Translations under genes and position numbers: made by a program
Origin: Chlorokybus atmophyticus
Lineage: Eukaryota; Plantae; Mesostigma and Chlorokybus algae
DNA: 64,000 nt
Direction: 5' to 3'
Assembly (NCBI GenBank): GCA_009103225.1
Contig: RHPI01000008.1
Span: forward strand, 362,015-426,014
The notes under the pieces: generated by a model
Databases searched by the model: none
What the model was told of the DNA's origin: nothing
What the model saw: the letters and a program-made list of their open reading frames with translations, nothing else
In this document: positions 52,041-64,000 of the stretch, piece after piece
How positions within the stretch are numbered: position 1 is the first letter of the stretch
Layout of the letters: every line of letters starts with the position of its first letter

Positions 52041-53953
52041 GGTGTGGGGAGGAGACGAGAGGAAGGTTGCGGCGCCAACTCACGAATGCACAGCAAATGC
52101 GCCAGCTACAGCTAACACCCACCGCAATGCTTACAGCTTAACCCACTCACGCCTGCCGCCTAGGCTGACAATAATATATACACTCAGATTGTATGCCAGC
52201 CTCGCGTCAACCCTGTTTTAACCCTTCAGCCTTCTATCCTGTCGTGCGTTTGACAAGACCGAAAACCTTCTCGCGCCGCCGCCTTCAACAGCATGCCGTC
52301 GTGTAGCTGAGCGTCGTTCGCAGCAAGCTTGCTGATGACCGCTGTCGCCACCACCTCTCAAGCAGCACTTCTTCCTTTCTTTCACACGAAGCTGCTAGGC
52401 TCCTACTGCTGCTGTCGCCACGGTGATGGGGGCTCACGGTGTAAAGTGGCGTGCCACGCTTACCCTTCAGCACTACACTTTATACTACTGATGGGGCTCT
52501 GACAGGCATTGCACGGCTGTATGTGTCTGTCCTGCGCCTCTCTGCAGCAGGCTGAGCGCGGTGCGATCCTACGACTACTGCTCAGCAGCAATGACAACAA
52601 CGACTGCGGCGGCGGCCTGCCCTTCCCAAAGCCGTCGCCGCCGCTGCCACTGGCTCTGTCCCACCCCTCACTACGCCTGCCAGCGACAGTGATGGGGAGA
52701 GAAGGTCTGCTGCCGGAACAGCGCCAGCAGCAGTGTGCTTCTCGTCCTTTGCGTCGGTGCGTTCCATTGCGCAAGGCCGCGTCTTGAACTCAGCGCCTGT
52801 CCGCGTCAGACGCCGCTGACAGGAGGCTCCAGAGGCCGTACGCCGCTATCTACCGCTAAAAGCCGAAAAACGGCCAAAAGACACAAGGTTGTCAATGCTT
52901 GCATTGTGAATATCTTCGACGTTACGGGTTGTTGCACAATGTTGCTGCCGGTCAGTCAAGGCATGCTTGCCGGACATGACGGGGGGCGCGCCATGGCGTC
53001 AGATCCCTTCGAGGCCTGCTATAGCTCTCTGACAGGTGCGTACTGGTGCCGCGGTATGATGCGTGTATGAGTGCACACTATATGATATAAGCGTCTAATC
53101 ATTGTTGAATATCTTGCCGCAGCTATATATAAGTTCCAGCTTGGGAGTGAGCAAAAGTTGACCCCTCGAGTGGTAGACTTTTTGGTGGATTCGGAGATTG
53201 TGGTAGATGATCTGCCGTAGACATGCAATGAAGCCGCCGAGTGCTCTGACCACTACCGGTAGGGTCATGAATGGGTCGGTCTCCCAATTTGGGGAAGGTT
53301 CGGTCGGCGTGATGTCCAACGCCCAGAAGGCTCCCAGTAATCAACAAATGAAAGTTTCTGTAGCTCTGCAGAAAGTTTGCAGGCGCCCTGCAATTGTCGT
53401 AGGTATGGGCCATACCGTATGGCGCCTGCGCGTCGTTCCGGAGTTGCCGAGAGGACCTACCCATCACAGGCAGGCGGCGCGGGCCCTAGACCTCTCCGGG
53501 CGAATCATGCGCGCACTATTGGCGAACAGGGCGATATCGACACGTCATTGCATCAATCATAGGCAAAAGCGGAGAAGAATGGCAACAACTCGCGACCATC
53601 AATTGTCAGGTCGGGACTGACAACGCCGTATCCAGTCACACAAACGCTAGCGACTGACCAGCTTTGGTTTGCAGCATGGTACAGATGGCTACGGACATGT
53701 GGCAGACTTCCTAACTTGGCTACTTCGCCGCTGGAGGGCAGACTGTGCCGGTTAGCAAGTGTAACCAAGCGTAGTTCCAACTTAAAACCATGCACCTCTA
53801 GCAGTGAATTAACCGGGGTGGAAGTCACGGACCATGTTAGAATGTTGTCAGACCTGGGCATCCCGACAAGTCCAATGCAGGTACCCTTACGCAATGTCAG
53901 CCCTGCACGGTTCGTCGCGAGGATTCCTCGCCGAGGAATGCAATTGTTCGTGA

Positions 53954-54710
53954 ACTGATGGCTGATTTTGGGCCGAAATCAGCCATCACTTCATGGCATA
54001 ATGGATCGGCATTGGCTACCAGCAATGCCTTGAGCATTTGATCGGCTGATAGCAATGCATTGAGCACTTGAGCACAGTAACTGGTGGAAGGGTATACCGT
54101 GTGTTTTGCGAAACTACAGGGGAGGACCCACAAGGTAGGGCGCCATGTTACCATGTTCAACAAGCACATGGGTGAGTTCGAGCTTGAGGTGGTGTATGAT
54201 ATAAAGAAGAACATGTGTATATGTGTGACAACTGCGTGTCCAGTTCATGAGCTGATGGCTGAAAATCAGCCATCAGTTCATGGCATTGCTAAAAAGGCAT
54301 TGCTCAAGAAGCATTATTCATGAACTAATGGCATGGCAACAAGCACATGGGTGGGTTCGGGCTTTAGGTGGTGTATGATATGAAGAAGAACATGTGTATA
54401 AGTGTGACTATTGCGTGTCCAGTTCATGACCTGATGGCTGAAAGTCAGCCATCAGTTCATGGCATTGCTCAAAAGGCGTTGCTTACAAGGCATTGCTTAA
54501 GGCATTGCTGATAGCAATGCACTGAGCATTTATAATAGTGGGCCACAACTGGTGGAAGGGTATACCGTGTGCTGTGCGAATACCATCAGGGCCCGGAGAG
54601 GTAACCCACAAGGGGTAGGGCAATGTGTTACTATATTTGTTAAGCACATGGGTTGGCTCGAGCCTTTAGTAGTGTATGATATTAAGGAGAACATGCATAT
54701 GTATGGCTAC
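53954..54710. repeat. Degenerate tandem repeat block with three TGATGGCTGA..TCAGCCATCA hairpins
   Basis: The block CTGGTGGAAGGGTATACCGTGTG recurs at ~54081 and ~54550, AAGCACATGGGT three times, and the hairpin at ~53955, ~54254 and ~54432. Confidence 0.8.
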
Positions 54711-54778
54711 CGCGTGTTTAGTTCACCCCCCCTCCCCACACACACACACATTAATGGCATTTTGTGTGGCTTGATAGT

Positions 54779-54782
<4 letters not shown>

Positions 54783-54841
<59 letters not shown>

Positions 54842-55529
54842 NNNNNNNNNNNNNNNNNNNNNNNNNNNNNNNNNNNNNNNNNNNNNNNNNNNNNNNNNNN
54901 NNNNNNNNNNNNNNNNNNNNNNNNNNNNNNNNNNNNNNNNNNNNNNNNNNNNNNNNNNNNNNNNNNNNNNNNNNNNNNNNNNNNNNNNNNNNNNNNNNNN
55001 NNNNNNNNNNNNNNNNNNNNNNNNNNNNNNNNNNNNNNNNNNNNNNNNNNNNNNNNNNNNNNNNNNNNNNNNNNNNNNNNNNNNNNNNNNNNNNNNNNNN
55101 NNNNNNNNNNNNNNNNNNNNNNNNNNNNNNNNNNNNNNNNNNNNNNNNNNNNNNNNNNNNNNNNNNNNNNNNNNNNNNNNNNNNNNNNNNNNNNNNNNNN
55201 NNNNNNNNNNNNNNNNNNNNNNNNNNNNNNNNNNNNNNNNNNNNNNNNNNNNNNNNNNNNNNNNNNNNNNNNNNNNNNNNNNNNNNNNNNNNNNNNNNNN
55301 NNNNNNNNNNNNNNNNNNNNNNNNNNNNNNNNNNNNNNNNNNNNNNNNNNNNNNNNNNNNNNNNNNNNNNNNNNNNNNNNNNNNNNNNNNNNNNNNNNNN
55401 NNNNNNNNNNNNNNNNNNNNNNNNNNNNNNNNNNNNNNNNNNNNNNNNNNNNNNNNNNNNNNNNNNNNNNNNNNNNNNNNNNNNNNNNNNNNNNNNNNNN
55501 NNNNNNNNNNNNNNNNNNNNNNNNNNNNN

Positions 55530-55606
<77 letters not shown>
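54783..55606. repeat. (CT)n microsatellite flanking a scaffold gap
   Basis: CT repeats on both sides of the N run. Confidence 0.9.
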
Positions 55607-55609
<3 letters not shown>

Positions 55610-56691
55610 GGCGCTTCGTGCTGGCAATGTGTATGGGTGTGGCATGTGTGCTTGATACGTAAGCGTATTGTGTATGCCTGTGCAATCCACAAAACTCTAC
55701 CTCTACACCCACCCACCCCACCCCACCCCACCCCACCCCCACCTACGCACGCGTGCGCTCGCTGGATGCATGTTGTGCATTACGGCACTAATCATAGCGA
55801 CACTGTTGCAATGAGTGCTGATCACGGGAGCAATATTGCTGCTGGCGGTAGCTGAAGATGGCGGCTACACGCCCGCCGAGTGTTACACACGCGGTGTGTG
55901 ACATTCAGGTGTTGGACAGCGCCTCGGCTCGGGGGATGTCAAACACCACCTCGCCCTGGTCCACACTTGCCTGCCACTCTGCCCCGCCGTTGAGCACTTG
56001 ATGCCCTAGACATCTCTCCTTAATTTGGGAAATGTACATATGTGTTGTTGCCGTTTTTGTTTAAAAATCCCTTTACGTAAGAGTTGTGCGTGGCATGGTC
56101 GGAGTAGGGACTGGGTGGGCAGGTATTTATCTTTTAAGGTAGGTGGTAAGCATGTGCTAGTGTTGTGTGCCATTAATCGCACACAACACTAGCAAGTGCT
56201 CAATACTGAGCATGCATGCATGAATGCGCTTCTCATGCACGCTGTGTACATGTGCGTGTCACCATGTGTATGTCATTATATTGGCTATTACAGTCATTTG
56301 CAAGATATGATGTCTGCACTGAATGTAACACGTGTGCGCTACATTTCATGAGCATCAGTACAACACCGTGTTGTATAATAATCGTTCCGTGTCGACTCAC
56401 ACACACGACATGCCGCATATACTATTGTTGTGAGATTGATTAATATATTCACACAAAGTTGTATACGTCACACATTTGTTGTATATATGTACATTCAATA
56501 TCTTACACGCATATGCAGCATATGTGGCATATAGCATCATATCATAATATTATAAGCTATTATATGCAACAATTATCACAATGCTTAACATATATATAAG
56601 GGTACCTGAACGTGTGAAATCTTAACATGTATGCTTGATCCCACTAGGGATGTAGCTTAATGTACCTACTTAATATACCATTGCAAGCTGC

Positions 56692-57288
56692 TACATCGAC
56701 GACACCCTCATCTTCAATTGCAGCAATGAGGAGCATTTTAGGCACATCGAGGAGATGCTATAGAGACTGAAGGAAGTAGGGATGACGGTGCACCCCGGCA
56801 AGTGCACCTTCTTTACCCACAAGGTACCTTACCACGGGCACAAGATTGTGCCCCACGGTGTGTATGTACAGCAGGCCAAGGTGGAGGCACCGGTGGCCAT
56901 TCCTGGCCCCACAGATTTCACGCGACTGCGTGCTTTCCTCGGCCTTGCCAACTACTACAGACGTTTCGTCAAGGACTTCGCGAAGATCGCGCGGCCACTC
57001 AACGAGCTGCTGAGGAAGGACACAAAGTGCCTATGGAAAGAGGCGCAACAAGAGGCCTTCAAGGAGCTGAAGCTCCGACTCACCACAGATCCCATTCTAC
57101 AGCGAACTGACTACGACATGTCATTCATCCTGCACAAATTGGAGCAAGCTCGGTATGGAAGCAGTGCTCGTGCAGCACGATGACAACAAGAAGGAGCGCG
57201 TAGTGTCGTATGCCAGCCGCAGCAACAACAGCGCTGAAGCCAATTACAGCAGCTATGAGGGGGAGTGTCTCGCCGCATTAAGTTTGGT
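56692..57288 (+). mobile_element. Ty3/gypsy RT-RNase H fragment (degenerate)
   Basis: YIDD, GKCTF, LRAFLGLANYYRRFVKDFAKIARPL, VVSYASRSNNSAEANYSSYEGECLA, with a stop and a frameshift. Confidence 0.93.
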
Positions 57289-57908
57289 AGAGCTCATTTG
57301 TATGCCTATATGCCTGCCCAATCATTGTACGCTAAGATTTACACTTGTAAAAACATACGCATGCGCCAGCAATAAATATATCATTTCAATACCATGTGCA
57401 ACAAGCTGAGGTATTTTTGGGCACATGCTCTATACATTGCAGCCACTCAAACAATATCATTCAAGGCCACAAGCATACTACTTGCAAGCTATTTCAACCT
57501 TTAACAAGCTACATTAGCTAACCTACTTGCCCTCTACCGCTACCGACTAATTTGTCACTGCATTCACTACCATCATCACCACTACCACTTGCTTTGGGGG
57601 CGTTGCAGGCGTACATATATGCTCATTGTCGTTCTGTTCGTCCATAACATCCTCCTCATCAACATTCTCAGCTCTCCCCTCCCCTCCCCTCCCCTCCCAC
57701 GCCTCTCCCCCCACCACTATGTCCGCATGCAGAGCATGCAGGCTATGCCGATTTTGAGCTACCACCACAAACAATTGCGCTAAAATTACACCCTGTAGTA
57801 GATTAAGTACACAGTATATGCAATTATAAGCAACCACAAGTCGTGTTGGTGCGTGTTGCCCTGCCTGACCTGCTCTACCACCGCGTTGAGCTTGGTGGTA
57901 GAGCAGCC

Positions 57909-58466
57909 CGCTGCGAGTGCCGCCTCCGGCTGCAGCACAGTGCAAGGCAGTAGACCCATCATCTGGAGACCTGCATAATAACCTCTGTCAGCACCCTACC
58001 GAACCAAACATGCACTCTCAGATGCATGTAGTCTCCAGGAGACTAGGTACTCGCGCATTGCTTGAAGGTCAGCACAAGGCAAACGCATGCTAAACATGCA
58101 GCAAGCTGAGCTGCTATGTCAATAGAGGCTGTGACACATTCCGTGCCAGCTGACCCACGCTTAGAGGCTGACTAGCAGTTGCGCGAAACCAGCGCAGCCG
58201 CACAACAGGACAATGGACAGACGGGCATGCCAGCTGGCCAATGCACCAAGGGTACACAGGCTAGCAGTCATGAGACGCCTTACATCATGCTACATGATAG
58301 AGACCACACCACCACTGCCGGGCTCAAGAGTAGACCCTACTGCTCTACCAACAATCCTGACCAGTACCTCCAACACATTGCACACAAGGGTATAGGCAGC
58401 ATGCAGTCATCCAGGGAGTAACACTACAGCAGCAACGCTGTAGGACTGCACAAGCCGCAAGTCTTA
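57909..58466 (-). pseudogene. 558-bp duplicate of 51129-51686 (TZF intron 1 plus start of exon 2), ending at an N
   Basis: No differences seen on visual comparison; the intron is retained. Confidence 0.85.
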
Positions 58467-59070
58467 NCTGTACTATATATGTGGTATACATTTGTGTTTA
58501 TTATGGCTTATATGTATATTTGTAATACTGATATCCGTCGTAAGTCTAGATATATGTATCTACATTATAAACATCATATATCACTTTCATTTATGGACAC
58601 ATATATTACAATGTCATGCATATGTGTTCGTGTATATGATGGTATCGCACATAACATGTGTATTCATTATTTTATAGCGTGATACATGTATATGCTTGCC
58701 ATATAAACGTATGTGACATGTGAATTGTCTTTCTTGTGGCTCATAAGACAAACAAAATGGCTTACTAGTTGTGGGCCATTTTGTCACGTAAGTTTCTTTT
58801 CTTATGGGTCATCAAGGTGCTGACGCCTTTGCAGCTGGCCTGCCACCAGTATAGGTTACGCTATTGGTTACGACCAATAGCGTAACCCACACATGTAATG
58901 ACGTAATTTGGGGGGAGTATGCTGCGCTCAGCTACACAACAAAGTCTACCCACTGTAACACAATCCCCCCCCNNNNNNNNNNCCCCCCCCCCCCCCCCCC
59001 CCCCCCGAACATGGTCCCCCCCAGCAAAATAAATTAAGAGGGGACGGTGTTGGGGTAAATATAGTATCTC

Positions 59071-59427
59071 TTGAAAATACCTATCCAACGATGTATACAT
59101 ATACATGTACATCCATTGCTTGATAGGTATCTGAGGTCGATAACGCGGGGGCAAGGGGCTCTCTTTTATTTAATTAAGTGGAAAGGGTATGGCCCAGAAT
59201 ATAACAGTTGGGAGCCTGACAGGCATCTTACGCACTGCCGTGAGTTGCTTCAGGCTTATACGGAATCACTTCCGTCCCATTAACTGTGGGCTTGGATTAT
59301 GACAGACTGGCAGCGCAGTTTTATTTTTGCCCTAGCATTCCTGCTATCTCACAAGTCTTTTTGTCATTAAAACGAGGTCTGATCAGCCTTGGTTCAACGA
59401 GGACGTTGAAATCTTAAGTGGGGGGAA
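59071..59427 (+). mobile_element. 3' end of a chromovirus: chromodomain, 3' UTR and PPT
   Basis: YLIKWKGYGPEYNSWEPDRHL; PPT AAGTGGGGGGAA at 59416-59427. Confidence 0.9.
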
Positions 59428-59956
59428 TGTAATGGGAGCAATAGTATTGGGGACATTATTGCGACGTAAATTAGCTACATAAGCTTTATTTATGTTAATA
59501 AGTGTACTTTTTTACTTATTTACATGTCTTTTCTACGGTTCCTTGCTTATATCCGATTACAATATTTGATATAAGTCCCAACGGGTGTATGACCGCCTAT
59601 TCAAGCCTATTTAAGGTCGCATATTATATATGCGACCATTATAGCCAGCTATCGCGATAGGTACCTTACCGTTACGTCCCTTATCGTTAGGTATCTGAGC
59701 TTTGATTGGCTCACGCCAGATTTTTAGCGATTCGGTTACCCTATCTGTAGAGTTGTTATCTGGTGTCGAGTTTGATATCAAGACACGTATGTGTAATACA
59801 CTCTTGATATAAAAGGTCCCATCAACTGATGGGATCTCAATCAGTCTTCTGCCACAGCGTCATGCTGCCGGCGGCTTGACAGGCTTGTCGTTGGCGGTGT
59901 GGGTGTTGGGGTAGAGGATTGAAGGGTTGTCGGCGGCGACGCCGGCATCTGTTACA
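59428..59956 (+). mobile_element. 529-bp LTR bounded by a PPT upstream and a PBS downstream
   Basis: Starts TGTAAT and ends GTTACA; followed by T and TGGTATTGGAGC (59958-59969). Confidence 0.85.
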
Positions 59957-59957
59957 T

Positions 59958-62900
59958 TGGTATTGGAGCTGGTGGGTGACGTGAGTACTTATTGGCGGCG
60001 GCACCCTGCCTTGCATCAATCGCAAGCGGCGGCAGCGGCCTCACCATTCGTCCACGCCACCAGCCTTTCAAGTTTGCTTCCCTGCGTCACCTCTACGTCA
60101 AGCAGTAGCCGATACTGCTGCCAACGTGAGAGACAAATGGACGAGCACTCAGTGCCCACCTCAAAGGGGGAAACTTTGGAAAAGGGGCAACCATCCCGTG
60201 AGGAAAAATTTCTTCCATGGAAGATGTTCCAAACTCGGATGATGTATCGGATGAATCTCAAGCGGGTAAACCATGAACCACGATTTGATGGAGCCTGATG
60301 GCCCACCTCCACCACCATCTCCTCAAATATCCGTTCACATGACGAAGCAGGATTTGATGGACCACTTCCTTGGCACCTATGATGAGGATCCTCGTGAGGC
60401 CATTGTTTCACTCAGTAACTTCCTCTTTCATATGGCAGCAACAGTCTCAAAGCTCACTACATTTATGGGGCGAAATTGGCAGACACAAATGATTAAAGGC
60501 ATACGTGTTCTGAATATGCTCGAGCGCCTTCAATGTGATGGCAGTGGACCGCCTGTTTAGGCTCTCGCTCGTCCTTCTAAGTTTGATGTTAAAAAGCAAA
60601 CAGCCATTTTCGACTGGCTTGTGAAGCTGAGACACTATGTCAACTCCCTTTGCATTTCTAAGAAGGGAAAGTTGCGTGTTGCTAAGTTGCTGATTCCGGA
60701 TGATGCTCTCTCAGAGTGGCATCGCCATAAGCAACGTGACGCGAACCTTGGGCGGGAAGTAAGCCAGTTGTGCGCTTTCGTGGAACAGTGCTATGGTAGT
60801 ACCGACCCTGCTTAAAAAGCTCGCAACCAACTTCACAACCTGTGACAGAATGGTCGTGCGGTTTAACAATACATGCAGGAGTTTCAATCCTGTGTCAGCA
60901 AAACCAATGCTGGCCGTCTGCATAGTAGTGATGCCGATCAGTTGGACATGTTCAAGCGTGCCTTGGATCACGAGCTGCTTACGCATGTTGCCATCAACAC
61001 ATCCACCCAGGCGGAGTGGCGTGCTGAAGAGCTACATATGCTCATCACGATGGTGACAGCTATTGGCAACGCTGTACATTCAGCTGCAAAGCCTGCTGCA
61101 CCATCAGCAGCTCCTAATCGTCCTTCACCTTACATCAAGCCTCATTTTGCAAGGAAGGTGAAGACGCCAATAGCTGGATTTGTTGGTTCTTCTTCCGTTG
61201 CAAAGCCGACCTTGGTGTGCTCCTTTTGCAAGAGGTCGGGCCACACTAAGGGTACCTGCTATGCGAAGAAGAACAAGCAAGCCAAGCAGCAAAAGAAGGA
61301 CAGCAAATAGGAACTATCCGTGATTGGTAGCATGTTGCAGAGGGATACATTAACCTCTGGACTTTTTGATAAAATTGCTGCTTTGTGTGCTATTTCAGAT
61401 GTGTGGACTGATGTAAACAACCCCGTTGTTTCGAACACGAGTGTTTGTATCATCAATGTGCCATCATTGAATTATTGTTTGCAATCATCAAACATTTGCA
61501 CGAGTTGCGATCGCAACATTCCCTCACTGCATGCGTTGTGGTACCTCGGTATCATGGCCCATGGTTTAAACACTTAAAGGGGGGAGAGGTGATTGCTCAA
61601 CTCACACGAAACGAAACAGGAACATTACCACTTCAGGTAATTGTTATCAAAACCGCAACTAATCACCGCATTCCAACATTGGCAACTTTTCATGGTAGAT
61701 TTGTACCACTTAAGTGGCGTTTTGAGAGTCAATTTATGGGTGCCTTGTGCACATCATTAATTGACACAGGTGCAAACCACAATTTTGTGGAACACGCTTG
61801 GGTAAAAAGAAATAACATCGCACTCACACCAGTCACATTGTATGTACGAGCAGCTGGTTCTACTTGTAATGCTTTAAGAGAAGTGAAAGGACGCTTTGTT
61901 ATTACCGGTTGTAAAACATACCACAATTATTGTGGTGCACATTGGGGTTCCCGGTGTTGACTTTGTGTTAGGTGAACCATGGCAAACCGAAGCGGGTATG
62001 CTACTTGATGCTAAAAATGGCATATGCACTTTGAGGAGGGGAAAACGCTCTTTTACCTTAAAAGTGGCACATGTGGTGCATGATAACAAGCATGCTACTC
62101 CACTTCTCTCAGCTATGCAACTTAAGCGTTGCATGCGCAAACGGGAGGAAGTGTACTTGTTGCACTTACACGAGGTAACAACACCTAAAAACGATGGTGT
62201 ACAAGACCCCGTTGTGCAATTACTTACACAGCAGTATGCTGATCTTTTTCAGGAAGGAACTCCGTAAGCTTCCTCCTGATAGAAACATTCACCACACCAT
62301 TCCACTCGAGGAGGGAGCTAAGCCACCATGGCGGCCTATTTATAAGCTAAGTCCCTTAGAGCATGCGTAAATGGGAAAGCAGCTAAAGAAGTTGCTCGAT
62401 AATGGTTTAATTACCAAGTATCTCCCCATTCGGAGCACCTATTCTATTCGTGCCCAAAAAGAATGGCAAGTTGCGAATGTGTGTGGATTATCGGGCATCA
62501 AATAAGGTGACTGTAAAAAACAGGTACCCTTTGCCCAGAATTGGTGATTTGTTTGAAAAGTTGTCAGGTGCAACAGTGTGTAGCACACTTGATCAAACAA
62601 GTGGTTATCATCAAAGCAGGATTCGTTCTGAGGATGTACAAAAGATAGCTTTTCGTAGACCTATGGGGCACTTTGAGTATAAAGTGTTGCCTTTTGGGTT
62701 GACGCACCCGCAACTTTCAGGCAGCTATGAATGCTGTGTTTGTGGATGAGCTGTATGACTTTGTGCTGGTATATTTGGATGATATTGTTGTGTTCAGCAA
62801 AACCCGGGAGGAATACGACAAGCATTTGCAAACGGTGTTGTCACAATTGCGAAAACACAAACTCTATGCCAACCTGTCCAAATGCAACTTTGCACAAGAA

Positions 62901-64000
62901 GAACTTCCTTTTTTGGGACGTGTGATTGGTAAAGACGGGTTGAAACCTGATGCCCACAAGGTGTCGGCAGTCAAGGATTTAGCCACCACCAAAAGATGTG
63001 CATCAATTACGAGCCTTTTTAGGCTTGGCCAATTACTTCCGCAAATTCATGCAAGGGTATTCGACTATGGCCAATGCATTAACAACTTTACTTCGTAAAG
63101 ATGTCAAGTTTGGTTGGCAAGAAGCACATGAGAAAGCCTTCTCATGCATCAAAAAAGCATTGACAAAGGCACCCGTGTTAGCTTTTTGAGATCACACCAA
63201 ACCTTTTGTGGTGGTCAGTGATGCATCCACCATAGAATGTGGTGCAGTGTTGCTTCAAGGCGACAGGAAGCAGAATAATACACCCTGCTGAACGTAATTT
63301 TACAACCACCGAACAGGAATGACTCGGTGTTGTGCATGCGTTACGCACTTGGCGTTGCTACTTAGAAGGGGTGGAATTCTCAGTAACTATGGATTACAAT
63401 CCTCTTACCTTCTTTTACACGCAACAAAATTTATCCCAACGACAAGCCAGGTGGAATGAGTTCTTACCTCGTTTCACATTCACATGGCAATATTGTCCAG
63501 GACGCACCAATATGGCTGATCCACTTAGCCGCAGTCCGGTTCTCCTAGCAATTACGCGCTCGCGTATACAGCGCATTGCACCCACTAAGGACCCCTTTTT
63601 AAGGGAGGTATCAAAGGGCTATATCACAGACAATTGGTTTAACAGTCTGGCCAACACTTCTCAATTGAGCAAGAAGGAAAATCTGTGGTATAAAGGCGAT
63701 CAGTTGGTCATACCCAACTTGACAAACTTACGCACACAATGCATGCAATCAGTGCATGACCCACGGTACGCTGCGCACTTGGGCAAGCATAAGACGCTCA
63801 AGCACGCGCAACGGTTGTATTGGTGGCCGTCAATAACCATTGATGTGGATCAATACGTTCGCACATGTGATGTGTGCAAACGAAATAAGCCGCTGCGACA
63901 GAAACAATGAGGTTTGCTGAATCCGTTAAGCATCCCTAAACAAAAGTGGGACAGTGTTAGTATGGACTTAATTGCCTACCTTCCGAAAACAGCTGCTAAA
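59958..64000 (+). mobile_element. Degenerate Ty3/gypsy gag-pol, truncated by the window end
   Basis: Gag with CSFCKRSGHTKGTC knuckle; protease LIDTGANHNFV; [16 protein letters not shown] and YLDD; RNase H DAS; integrase H..H..C..C. Order PR-RT-RH-IN is gypsy-type. Many stops and frameshifts. Confidence 0.96.

Noticed and set aside
54552-55855. Long ORFs with ER/LS repeats (likewise 38564-39170)
   Set aside because: They are artefacts of microsatellites and N gaps.
55800-56010. Minus-strand peptide VLNGGAEWQASVDQGEVVFDIPRAEAL
   Set aside because: It is short, interrupted by a stop and not assignable, so no feature is supported.

Overview
Eukaryotic, intron-rich nuclear DNA with several scaffold gaps, most likely from a streptophyte (charophyte-grade) green alga; this is inferred from a RAV factor carrying a PB1 domain and from the plant-type Mfd, TZF and MTP6 genes. 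Bases 1-52 kb hold eleven recognisable spliced genes, several in tight divergent pairs: PIG-Z-type GPI mannosyltransferase (-, 3' end outside the window), UTP25 (-), cytosolic glutamyl-tRNA synthetase (+), an AP2-B3-KLFGV-PB1 RAV factor (-), an ADF/cofilin with an unusual tandem-SHOCT-like N-terminus (-), plastid-type Mfd/TRCF (+), an uncharacterised surface protein (-), TMEM220-like (+), CPYC glutaredoxin (+), an MTP6-like CDF transporter (-), mannose-6-phosphate isomerase (+) and an ankyrin tandem-CCCH protein (-). Bases 53-64 kb are repeat-rich and contain Ty3/gypsy (chromovirus) debris. The most striking observations are: (1) a 524-bp TRIM with 78-bp LTRs, a 5-bp TSD, PBS and PPT, whose 5'LTR/PBS junction assembles a tRNA-spaced A-box/B-box Pol III-type promoter, and which shares PBS and PPT signals with the chromovirus at 59-64 kb; (2) a possible degenerate N6-adenine methyltransferase-like segment between gag and protease of that chromovirus; (3) the SHOCT-ADF fusion; (4) five GC-AG introns. 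All assignments come from motif reading by eye; no searches were run, and exon boundaries are approximate unless stated.
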